From Chloroflexota bacterium (GTDB lineage: Bacteria > Chloroflexota > Dehalococcoidia > SM23-28-2 > RBG-16-64-32), in assembly GCA_037441345.1 (NCBI GenBank), contig JBBISJ010000006.1, positions 3,530 through 67,529 of the forward strand: DNA of 64,000 nucleotides. Reading direction: 5' to 3'. Of this stretch, positions 26,895-35,285 are shown in pieces. The first letter of the stretch is position 1. Each line of letters opens with the position of its first letter. Below the pieces are notes generated by a model. The model made no database searches and had not been told where the DNA came from. It saw only the letters and a list, made by a program, of their open reading frames with translations. A program made the position numbers and the translations under genes.

Positions 26895-28652
26895 ATGCCT
26901 GACCTCCAATCCCTCCCCAAAGACGAGCGCCTCGAGCGCATGCGTCACTCCGCCGCCCACATTATGGCCGAGGCCGTCCTCGAGATGTTCCCCGAGGCGA
27001 AGCTCGGCATCGGGCCGCCCATCGACACCGGCTTCTACTACGACTTCGACCTCCCCCGCGCGCTCTCAACCGACGACCTGCCGGAGATCGAGGAGCGCAT
27101 GCGCCGGCGCATCGAGTCCGACGCGGCGTTCCAGCCGTCCACCATCACCAGGGACGAGGCTCGCGCCATGTTCGCCGACCAGCCGTACAAGATCGAGCTG
27201 ATCGACGAGATCCCCGAGGACGAGGAGATCGGCCTCTACCGCCAGGGCGAGTTCGTCGACCTCTGCCACGGCCCCCACGTCAGCACCTGCGGCCAGGTGC
27301 CGGCCTTCAAGCTCATGTCCGTCGCCGGCGCCTACTGGCGCGGCAGCGAGGACCGGCCGATGCTCCAGCGCATCTACGGCGCCCTCTTCGACACGCAGGA
27401 GGAGCTGGACGAGTACCTCCACAACCTGGAGGAAGCGCAGCGCCGCGACCACCGCCGCCTCGGCCGGGAACTCGACCTCTTCTCCTTCCACGAGGACTTC
27501 GGCCCCGGCCTCGTCTACTGGCACCCAAAGGGCGGCCGCGTCCGCACGATCATCGAGGACTTCTGGCGCCGCGCCCACTTCGACGCCGGCTACGACCTCG
27601 TCTACACGCCCCACATCGGGAAGTCCACGCTCTGGCAGACGAGCGGCCACCTGGACTTCTACAACGAGAACATGTACTCGGCGATGGATATCGACGGGCA
27701 GGACTACTACGTCAAGCCGATGAACTGCCCCTTCCACATCCAGATCTACAAGAGCGACGTCCGCAGCTACCGCGACCTCCCTATCCGCATGGGCGAGCTC
27801 GGCACCGTCTACCGCTACGAGCGCTCCGGCGTCCTCCACGGCCTCCTGCGCGTCCGTGGCTTCACCCAGGACGACGCCCACATCTTCTGCCGCCCGGACC
27901 AGGTCCGCTCGGAGGTCGAGCGCTGTGTCGACTTCATGATGTTCTTCCTCGGAGCCTTCGGCTTCGAGAAGTTCCACGTTTACCTCTCCACCCGCGACCA
28001 GGCCGGCAAGTGGGCCGGCTCGCTCGAGGACTGGGACATGGCGACGAACACCCTCCGCGACGTGATCGAGGACCGCAAGCTGCCCTACGACGTCGACGAG
28101 GGCGGCGCGGTCTTCTACGGGCCCAAGATCGACGTCAAGATGATCGACGCCATCGGCCGCGAGTGGCAGTGCACCACCATCCAGTTCGACTTCAACCTGC
28201 CGGAGCGGTTCGACGTCAGCTTCATCGGCGAGGAAGGCTCGCGGCAGCGGCCGTTCATGGTCCACCGGGCACTGCTCGGCTCCATCGAGCGCTTCTTCGG
28301 CGTGCTCGTCGAGCACTACGCCGGCGCCTTCCCGATGTGGCTCGCGCCCGTCCAGGCGTCCGTCATCCCCATCGCCGACCGCCACATCCCCTACGCCGAC
28401 GAGGTCGCCGCCGAGCTGCGGGCCGCCGGCCTGCGCGCCGAGGTCGACGCCCGCAACGAGCGGATGCAGGCCAAGATCCGCGACGCCCAGCTCCAGAAGG
28501 TGCCGTACATGCTCGTTGTCGGCGACCGCGAGGCCGAGGCCCGCGCCGCCGCCGTCCGCCTCCGCTCAGGCGAGGACCTGAAGGCCCTGCCCGTGACGGA
28601 GATCATCGCCCGCATGCAGGCCGAGGCCGCCGTCCAGGAGTTCCGGGCCTAA
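26895..28652 (+). CDS. thrS: threonine--tRNA ligase (short form lacking the N-terminal TGS domain)
   Basis: editing-domain HSAAHIMAEAV, class II motifs (FRYERSGVLHGLLRVRGFTQDDAHIF) and the anticodon-binding C-terminus. Confidence 0.9.
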   Translation: MPDLQSLPKDERLERMRHSAAHIMAEAVLEMFPEAKLGIGPPIDTGFYYDFDLPRALSTDDLPEIEERMRRRIESDAAFQPSTITRDEARAMFADQPYKIELIDEIPEDEEIGLYRQGEFVDLCHGPHVSTCGQVPAFKLMSVAGAYWRGSEDRPMLQRIYGALFDTQEELDEYLHNLEEAQRRDHRRLGRELDLFSFHEDFGPGLVYWHPKGGRVRTIIEDFWRRAHFDAGYDLVYTPHIGKSTLWQTSGHLDFYNENMYSAMDIDGQDYYVKPMNCPFHIQIYKSDVRSYRDLPIRMGELGTVYRYERSGVLHGLLRVRGFTQDDAHIFCRPDQVRSEVERCVDFMMFFLGAFGFEKFHVYLSTRDQAGKWAGSLEDWDMATNTLRDVIEDRKLPYDVDEGGAVFYGPKIDVKMIDAIGREWQCTTIQFDFNLPERFDVSFIGEEGSRQRPFMVHRALLGSIERFFGVLVEHYAGAFPMWLAPVQASVIPIADRHIPYADEVAAELRAAGLRAEVDARNERMQAKIRDAQLQKVPYMLVVGDREAEARAAAVRLRSGEDLKALPVTEIIARMQAEAAVQEFRA

Positions 28653-28656
28653 CACC

Positions 28657-28686
28657 CGTAGGGGCGCGTCATGATGCGCCCCTACG
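28657..28686. repeat. REP-like 30-nt palindrome, copy 2, immediately after the thrS stop
   Basis: identical to 21987..22016; may serve as a thrS transcript-end hairpin. Confidence 0.8.
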
Positions 28687-29168
28687 CCCATCATGGACCT
28701 CTGTCGAAGCCCTTCAGGCCCGTTGGGGACCGCATTCCGCCCATCCTGAGGACCGCAGCATCTCGAAGGGCCGTCATTCCCGCGCAGGCGCCTGCCCGCC
28801 TTGTGAGGGGGAATCCATGGCTCAATCAGAGGGGATTTATACCCGCCGGTTGATTGTGTTTTCGCGGTCAGGTTCAGTCTTTGATTGTGCCGCGGCTGAA
28901 TAATTGCTTTTCTCGCGACAGGCCGGGCGTTTTGTGTCTGCGGGGCCGGTGAGGAACACCCTCGCTGTTTGATTGCCTCCGATCCATGGGCGTGACCCGG
29001 AGGATTCAATTCGAGCGGCGGTCTTGCTGGGCAGGGAGCATGTGGGCATGAGAGCATCGTAACGGAGGGGCGGGGCGATCTCCGAGGGGGAAGTGGCGCG
29101 GGCGGGTGAACGGGAGCCTGGCCCCGGCGGCCGACCCCACCGTCATTCCGGCGAAAGCCGGAATCCCA

Positions 29169-29330
29169 TCACGTGCCATTGGCGCCTGGTGACTCGTCCG
29201 CATCCTCACCGATAGCCCCCACCCAGGCCCTCGCGGTGCTCCAAACGCGCTTGACCAGGTCGCTCGTCACTCCCGTGTACAGGGTGCCGTTGCGCTTGCT
29301 GGCCATGATGTAGACGAACGGCTGTTTGTC
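29169..29330 (-). pseudogene. GIY-YIG nuclease (UPF0213/YhbQ-like) remnant, frameshifted and truncated
   Basis: PFVYIMASKRNGTLYTGVTSDLVKRVW (GIY...YIG) in frame; the expected continuation EHREGLGGGYR is in the +2 frame and then hits a stop; no ATG start. Confidence 0.45.
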
Positions 29331-29440
29331 CAATGCAGGCCAATCGTCATTGATTCCGGCCCTGCAGGCCCGTTGGGCGTTCGCCGGAACGACGGAATGG
29401 CACGAATAAGCTGAACGGGGTGAGGGCAGCCTGCCGGGTC

Positions 29441-29542
29441 GCTGGCTCCCTGGCTGCTGGCTCCTGGCTCCCGGCTCCCGGCTCCTCGGCTCCTGGCTCC
29501 TGGCTGCTGGCTCCTGGCTGCTGGCTCCTGGCTGCTGGCTCC
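29441..29542. repeat. tandem heptanucleotide repeat (GGCTSCY) x ~14
   Basis: GGCTCCT/GGCTGCT/GGCTCCC units are contiguous; translation of this repeat explains the QQPGASSQEP low-complexity N-terminus of ORF 29169..29597. Confidence 0.85.
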
Positions 29543-29623
29543 TTCCGTTTGATGGCGCCCAAACGCCTGTGCTATTATCCGGACATAGCAGTGACATCAG
29601 CCATTACCAAGGGGAACTAGACT

Positions 29624-30214
29624 ATCGCCCGCGAGCTTCGCACGAACGAGCGGATCCGCGCGCGCGAAGTCCGCGTCATAGGAGCGAACGGGGAAAACTA
29701 CGGCGTTATCCCCTTCTCCGAGGCGATGAACCGGGCCAGGGAAACCGGCCTTGACCTCGTGGAGGTTGATGCCAACGCGAACCCTCCCGTCTGCCGGATA
29801 CTGGACTACGGCAAGTTCAAGTACGACCAGGCGAAGAAGGAGCGCGAGGGACGCAAGCACCAGAAGGGGACGATGATCCACGAGGTGCGCCTCCGCCCCC
29901 GGACGGGACAACATGATATCGACCTGAAGGTACGGATCGCCGGCCGGCTGCTGGCGGAAGGCGACAAGGTGAAGCTCTCCGTCATGTTCAGGGGCCGCGA
30001 GATGTCTCACCCAGAGGTGGGCCAGGAAGTGCTGGACAAGGCGCTGGCCGGGCTTGGAGACCTGGTGAGCGTCGAGAAGCCGCCCGGCATGGAGGGCCGC
30101 TTCCTGACGGTGATCCTGACGCCGAACGCGAAGAAGCCAGTGGCCGCGAAAGCGGCGGTGGTGGAGGCAGCGCCGGAGGCGGAACCAGAGAAGGCAGAGG
30201 AAAAAGTTGGCTAA
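29624..30214 (+). CDS. infC: translation initiation factor IF-3, with a non-AUG (AUC) start
   Basis: ...ERIRAREVRVIGANGENYGVIPFSEAMNRARETGLDLVEV...; an in-frame TAG lies at 29618-29620, so the N-terminal domain must start at ATC 29624, 8 nt after an AAGGGG SD; the first ATG (29726) would delete the N-domain. Confidence 0.75.
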   Translation: MARELRTNERIRAREVRVIGANGENYGVIPFSEAMNRARETGLDLVEVDANANPPVCRILDYGKFKYDQAKKEREGRKHQKGTMIHEVRLRPRTGQHDIDLKVRIAGRLLAEGDKVKLSVMFRGREMSHPEVGQEVLDKALAGLGDLVSVEKPPGMEGRFLTVILTPNAKKPVAAKAAVVEAAPEAEPEKAEEKVG

Positions 30215-30221
30215 ATACAAG

Positions 30222-30410
30222 ATGAAGACACACTCCGGCGCCAAGGGCCGCTTCTGGATTACCGGGAGCGGCAAGATCCTGCGCCGCAAGATCGGGGCCA
30301 ATAACTTCCGCCGCAAGAAGCGCGGCGAGACACTGCGCGATATCTCCGGCAAGGTCGCCGTTTCCCCGCACGTCGTCAAGCGGCTGCGGAAGATGCTGCC
30401 CTACGCCTGA
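30222..30410 (+). CDS. rpmI: 50S ribosomal protein L35
   Basis: MKTHSGAKGRFWITGSGKILRRK...LPYA. Confidence 0.85.
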   Translation: MKTHSGAKGRFWITGSGKILRRKIGANNFRRKKRGETLRDISGKVAVSPHVVKRLRKMLPYA

Positions 30411-30429
30411 CCACGAGGAGTAACGAGAG

Positions 30430-30798
30430 ATGCCACGAGCACGAGGCGGAGTTGTCACTCGCCGCCGGCACAAGAAGATCATCAAGCAGGCCAAGGGTCA
30501 CAGGGGCGGCCGTCACAAGATATTCAAGCTGGCGAACGAGTCCGTCATGCACGCCCTCCGCTACGCTTACGAGCACCGGCGGGACCGCAAGGGCGACTTC
30601 CGGCGGCTGTGGATCCAGCGGATCAACGCGGCGGCGCGCCTGAACGGCCTGAGCTACTCCCGCCTGATATTCGGCCTCTCAAAGGCCGGCGTGGACGTCG
30701 ACCGCAAGATGCTCGCCGACCTGGCGGTGCGCGACGAGAAGGCGTTCGCGAGCATAGCGAAGACCGCGAAAGACGCGATCGCTGCGCCCGCAGCCTGA
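30430..30798 (+). CDS. rplT: 50S ribosomal protein L20
   Basis: [70 protein letters not shown]. Confidence 0.9.
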   Translation: MPRARGGVVTRRRHKKIIKQAKGHRGGRHKIFKLANESVMHALRYAYEHRRDRKGDFRRLWIQRINAAARLNGLSYSRLIFGLSKAGVDVDRKMLADLAVRDEKAFASIAKTAKDAIAAPAA

Positions 30799-30871
30799 CA
30801 CAAGCCGACGAGGCCAGGCCGGCGCCTGCAGAGCCAGGCTCTCACGTGAGCTGGTGATTGCTCCGGATGAC

Positions 30872-30946
30872 GGGGCAGTACCTCAAGGGTAGAGGATCAG
30901 TCTTATAAACTGACGGTTGCGGGTTCGAGTCCTGCCTGCCCCACCA
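30872..30946 (+). tRNA. tRNA with anticodon UAU (tRNA-Ile, AUA-decoding type), CCA encoded
   Basis: acceptor GGGGCAG paired with CTGCCCC, D-stem CCTC/GAGG, anticodon stem TCAGT/ACTGA with loop CTTATAA, T-arm GCGGG-TTCGAGT-CCTGC, discriminator A. Confidence 0.7.
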
Positions 30947-30978
30947 GGGACAACTTCGCAGATCGCGGCGCCCGGTTG

Positions 30979-33387
30979 TCAGCCGCGGAGTTCCGCGTCC
31001 ACTTCCCGCTTGAGCCGCTCGACGATGCGGCTCCGCTGCTTCGCCACGTCGGCATCCTGGAGCGTCCGGTCGGACGCCTGGAAGCTGACCGCGAACGCCA
31101 GGGACTTGCGCCCCGGCGGAATCGGATCGCCCGTGTACACGTCGAAGATCCGCGCGGACGCCACGAGCGGGAACGAGCGGATGATCGCCAGCAGCCGGCC
31201 GGCGGGAACGTCCGCGGGAACGATCACGGCGATGTCCTGCTCGACCGCGGGATACGGCGACAGCGGCTGGAAGTGGGTTGCGCCGGACACATGCGGGAGT
31301 AGCGACTCAATATCCAGTTCAAACATCGCCGCCGGCGCGTCTATGTCGAAGCTCGCAAGTACGCGCGGGTGGACCTCTCCCACCGTGCCGACCCGCTCGC
31401 CGCCGACGCAGACATGAGCCGTCCTGCCCGGCAGATACGCGAAATCGTGCGCTTCCATGTATTCGGCGGCCACGCCGAGGCCGTCCAGCACGAACTCCAT
31501 GCCGGCTTTCGCGTCGAAGAAGCCCGCGAAGTCGCCCGACGGCGCTCCCCACCGGTCCGGAGCGCGCCCGCTAACGACGCCGCACAGCGTCTCAACTTCG
31601 CGGGGCAGATCGTCCTCCCGGGGGATGTACACGCGCGCCACTTCGAACAGCGCCACCCGGTCCGGCGCGGCCCGGACGTTGGAGGCCAGCGCCTGGAGCA
31701 AGGCGTGCCGCAGCGTGGTGCGGGCATACTCGTGCTGGCGGCTGAGCGGATTGGCGAGCCGCAGCGGTGGGCTGACGGCGAGGTCCTCGGCTGGCAGCAC
31801 TCGCCCCAGGCTCTCCATGTCTGTCATCGAATAGGAAATAATCTCCTGCATCCCGGCGCCCGCCGCCAGATCCCTCACGCGTTCGCGCAGGTCCCGCGCC
31901 GGCTGGGGCACGTGGTCCGGGATCGCCCCGGAAAGGAGGCTCGTCGGCAACTCGTCGTAGCCCAGGATCCGCGCCACTTCCTCGATAACGTCGTCGGCAA
32001 TCGCCACATCGGTCCGCCAGTACGGCACCCTGACGATGAAGTGGTCCGGAGGCATCCAGCGGCAGCCAAAGCCGAGCGAGCCGAGTATGCGGCGCACTTC
32101 GGTTGTCGCGATGTCGATCCCCAGCACGCGGGTCAGTCGCTCCATCGTGACCGCGATCCGGTGCTCTTTCTCCTTGCGGGGGTAGACGTCGATCAGTCCC
32201 TGGAGCGCGCGGCCGCCCGCAAGTTCCACCATCAGCTTCACCGCGCGCGCGGCAGCGATCGGCGGCAGTTGCCGGCTCAACCCCTTCTCGAACCGCGTCG
32301 AGGCATCGGTCCTGAGCTTTAGCGCCTGGCTCGTCCGGCGGATGCTCGGGCCGCTGAAATTCGCCGCCTCCAGGAGGACGGTCCGCGTCTCGCCCGTCAC
32401 TTCGCTATCGCCGCCGCCCATCACACCGGCCACCGCCGTGGGTCCGTCCCCGTCACAGATCAAGAGCATCCCGGGCGCCAGGTCATGCTTGCTGCCGTCG
32501 AGGAGCGTGATCTGTTCGCCCGGAACAGACCGCCGCACGACGATCTTCTTGCCCCGCACCCTGTGGTAGTCGAAGGCGTGCAGTGGCTGCCCCACCTCCA
32601 GCATCACGTAGTTGGTGATGTCCACGATGTTGTTGATCGGCCGCATCCCCGCCGCGAGCAGCCTCTCCTGCATCCACTGCGGCGATGCTTCCACCTTCAC
32701 GTCTTCGATGATCGCGCCGACGTAGCGGTGGCAGAGGTCCGGGTCAGCGATCTCGACTTTCGCGAGCGTTGACGCTGCTTTCCTGCCCTCGGCGTACTCG
32801 ATCGACGGATCGCGCACGGCCTGGCCGGTCAGCGCTGCAACCTCCCGCGCAATGCCCAGAACGGAGAGCCAGTCCGGCCGGTTCGCCGTGACTTCGATCT
32901 CGAGGATGGTATCCCCGATGACCGAGCGCAGCGGCGCGCCGATCGGGGCGTCATCCGGCAGCACCAGGATTCCCGTGTGCTCGTCTGACAGGCCTAGCTC
33001 CTTTTCAGAGCAAATCATCCCCTGCGACTCCACACCGCGGATCCGGGCGGCTTTCAGAACCGCCGGCTTCCCGGTGTGCCCATCGATGAGGCTGGCCCCG
33101 ATGCCAGCGTACGCGATTTTCTGGCCGGCGCGGACGTTCGGTGCGCCGCAGACGACCTTCGGGTGATCCCCGCCGCCGAGATCGACAGTGGCCAGGACAA
33201 GTCTGTCGGCGTTTGGATGCGGCTCGACGTTCTCGACGAATCCGACGACGATGCCATCCCACTCCCCGGTGGAGAGCATCTCACTGACCTCAGCGCCGGC
33301 CACGGTGAGCCGCCGGGCGAGCTCCAGCGGCTCGACGGTCAGGTCGACGTAGTCGGCCAGCCAGCTAAGCGGTAACCGCAAAGTCAT
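30979..33387 (-). CDS. pheT: phenylalanine--tRNA ligase beta subunit
   Basis: 802 aa; tRNA-binding, B3/B4, B5 and FDX-ACB domains (e.g. GVMGGGDSEVTGETRTVLLEAANF). Confidence 0.9.
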   Translation of the reverse strand: MTLRLPLSWLADYVDLTVEPLELARRLTVAGAEVSEMLSTGEWDGIVVGFVENVEPHPNADRLVLATVDLGGGDHPKVVCGAPNVRAGQKIAYAGIGASLIDGHTGKPAVLKAARIRGVESQGMICSEKELGLSDEHTGILVLPDDAPIGAPLRSVIGDTILEIEVTANRPDWLSVLGIAREVAALTGQAVRDPSIEYAEGRKAASTLAKVEIADPDLCHRYVGAIIEDVKVEASPQWMQERLLAAGMRPINNIVDITNYVMLEVGQPLHAFDYHRVRGKKIVVRRSVPGEQITLLDGSKHDLAPGMLLICDGDGPTAVAGVMGGGDSEVTGETRTVLLEAANFSGPSIRRTSQALKLRTDASTRFEKGLSRQLPPIAAARAVKLMVELAGGRALQGLIDVYPRKEKEHRIAVTMERLTRVLGIDIATTEVRRILGSLGFGCRWMPPDHFIVRVPYWRTDVAIADDVIEEVARILGYDELPTSLLSGAIPDHVPQPARDLRERVRDLAAGAGMQEIISYSMTDMESLGRVLPAEDLAVSPPLRLANPLSRQHEYARTTLRHALLQALASNVRAAPDRVALFEVARVYIPREDDLPREVETLCGVVSGRAPDRWGAPSGDFAGFFDAKAGMEFVLDGLGVAAEYMEAHDFAYLPGRTAHVCVGGERVGTVGEVHPRVLASFDIDAPAAMFELDIESLLPHVSGATHFQPLSPYPAVEQDIAVIVPADVPAGRLLAIIRSFPLVASARIFDVYTGDPIPPGRKSLAFAVSFQASDRTLQDADVAKQRSRIVERLKREVDAELRG

Positions 33388-33392
33388 TCACC

Positions 33393-34439
33393 TCAGAACT
33401 GGCGCAAAAACCGAATATCGTTCGCGTAGAAATGGCGGATGTCGTCAACGCCGTAGCGCAGCAGGGCGATCCGCTCGATCCCCACGCCGAACGCGAAGCC
33501 CGTGTACCGCTGCGCGTCGTAGCCCATGTTTGTCAGGATCTCGGGGTGGACCATCCCGGCGCCCAGGATCTCGATCCACCCGCCGCCGTGGCACGTCCGG
33601 CATCCGGTCCCGCGGCAGAGGAAGCAGTCAATGCTTACTTCCATTCCTGGTTCAACGAAGGGGAAGTATGAGCAACGGAATGTCACGCGCCTGTCCTGCC
33701 CGAACATCTGCCGCGCGAACTCGGCCAGCGTGCCCTTGAGGTCGGTGAGGCTGATCCCCTCGTCAACGGCCAGACCCTCGATCTGGGTGAGCATCCACTC
33801 ATGCGTGGCATCGGTGGCCTCGAACCGGTAGCACTTCCCGGGGACGACGATGCGGATCGGCGGTTCGTGCGTCTCCATGAACCTCACCTGATTTGGCGAG
33901 GTGTGCGTCCGCAGGAGCATCGGCCGCCGTCCTTCCACCTCGTAGTCGATCCAGAGCGTGTCCCACATGTCTCGCGCCGGGTGGTCCGGCGGGATGCGGA
34001 GAGCCTCGAAGTTGTAGCGGTCCCACTCGACCTCCGGGCCCTCCACCACCTGGAACCCCATCCCCACGAAGATGGCGAGCATATCGCGCGTAGTCTGCGT
34101 TATCGGGTGCAGGCGGCCGCGGGGAAGGGCCGGGCCGGGCAGCGTTACGTCAAGGCGCTCGGACTCGATCACCTCTTCGAGGCGGCGCCTCTCCAGCGCG
34201 TCCAGCCGGAGGGTGTGCTCCTGCTCCAGCAACTCTTTCAGCTCATTGCCCCGGGCGCCGACTGCACGCCGCTGGTCGATAGCGAGCTGCGGAAGCGCTC
34301 GCAGGAGCTGAGTCAGCCGCCCCTTCCGGCCCAGGTACGCGATGCGCCATTCGTCGAGGGCGCCTCGATCGGTTGCAGCACTGAGGTCGCGGAGCGCGTC
34401 GGCCTCGATTGCGGCCAGGGATTCCAGTTCTGTCGTCAT
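33393..34439 (-). CDS. pheS: phenylalanine--tRNA ligase alpha subunit
   Basis: class II motifs (FRCSYFPFVEPGMEVSIDC, GFAFGVGIERIALLRYGV); start taken at MTTELESLAA; a TATAAT -10-like hexamer about 40 nt upstream. Confidence 0.9.
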   Translation of the reverse strand: MTTELESLAAIEADALRDLSAATDRGALDEWRIAYLGRKGRLTQLLRALPQLAIDQRRAVGARGNELKELLEQEHTLRLDALERRRLEEVIESERLDVTLPGPALPRGRLHPITQTTRDMLAIFVGMGFQVVEGPEVEWDRYNFEALRIPPDHPARDMWDTLWIDYEVEGRRPMLLRTHTSPNQVRFMETHEPPIRIVVPGKCYRFEATDATHEWMLTQIEGLAVDEGISLTDLKGTLAEFARQMFGQDRRVTFRCSYFPFVEPGMEVSIDCFLCRGTGCRTCHGGGWIEILGAGMVHPEILTNMGYDAQRYTGFAFGVGIERIALLRYGVDDIRHFYANDIRFLRQF

Positions 34440-34613
34440 AGGAGCAATGCGGATTGCGGCAGGGGCGCGACGGCTATTATAGGTTGGCGTCGCGGCGGGC
34501 GGCAATCGATCAGCAGCCCCCTGCCGGACGCGCGAGCCAGCGCCCGCTTTGTTGACCCCAACGTGGACGCGATGCTAACGTGCCGGTGAGCGCTTACCTT
34601 AGCACTCGTTCAG

Positions 34614-35285
34614 GTGAACATGGTCGCCAGCCGCGAAACCCCAGCCGGAACTCCCACCAGGCGGACACGACGCGGACCGCACACCCGTCAGCAGATTCTT
34701 GACGCATCCCTGCACCTCTTCTCAGAGCGCGGCTTCGCCCGTACAACGGTGCGGGACATCGCCCGAATGGCGGGCATTACGGATGCCGCGATCTACTACC
34801 ACTTCGAGTCCAAGCGTGACGTGCTGGAGGCGCTGGTCGAAGAGCGCGGGTTCCTGACCAGCCTCCAGAACCTGGCGCGCGTGGAGGCGGCCCTGCCACT
34901 GCGGGAGATGATCGTCTGGATGGCCGCCGGCGCTATCAACCTGATGGACGCCAACCGGGATTTCCTCCGCCTTATCACGATGGAGGGTCTCGGCGGCGAC
35001 GAAGCCGCGCTCGAGCAGTACAACCGCCTCCTTGACCTGTGGGAGAGCGCACTGTCAACCGTCCTGCGGCGCTACGAAGCGCGCGGCGATCTCTGTGACG
35101 GTTGCTCGGACGACCTCGCCCGGCAGGTCATTTACACGATCCTCATGGCATTTCAGGACAGCCTCCTGGGCCGACACGGTCTGTTCGGGGACAACGCCGA
35201 GGAGCGCCAGGGGGCCCTGCGGTCGTTCCTTGTGCCCAGCCTTCACCGCTTGCTGGCCGGGGAAGCCGTCACAACTGTCGCGTGA
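34614..35285 (+). CDS. TetR/AcrR family transcriptional regulator
   Basis: HTH ILDASLHLFSERGFARTTVRDIARMAGITDAAIYYHFESK. Confidence 0.8.
   Translation: MNMVASRETPAGTPTRRTRRGPHTRQQILDASLHLFSERGFARTTVRDIARMAGITDAAIYYHFESKRDVLEALVEERGFLTSLQNLARVEAALPLREMIVWMAAGAINLMDANRDFLRLITMEGLGGDEAALEQYNRLLDLWESALSTVLRRYEARGDLCDGCSDDLARQVIYTILMAFQDSLLGRHGLFGDNAEERQGALRSFLVPSLHRLLAGEAVTTVA

Noticed and set aside
27066-28385. 439-aa antisense ORF inside thrS, and similar ORFs inside pheT/pheS (31369..32322 +, 33801..34589 +)
   Set aside because: They are mirror ORFs of GC-rich synthetase genes. The sense frames carry the class II motifs.
29441-29542. Possible CRISPR array (regular short repeats)
   Set aside because: The repeats are contiguous 7-mers with no spacers, and no cas genes are present. 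They are a microsatellite, not CRISPR. The same applies to 58233..58260.
29169-29597. 142-aa ORF with a Gln/Pro/Ser-rich low-complexity N-terminus
   Set aside because: The N-terminal two thirds are a translation of the (GGCTSCY)n heptamer array. Only the last ~55 codons carry real (GIY-YIG) signal.
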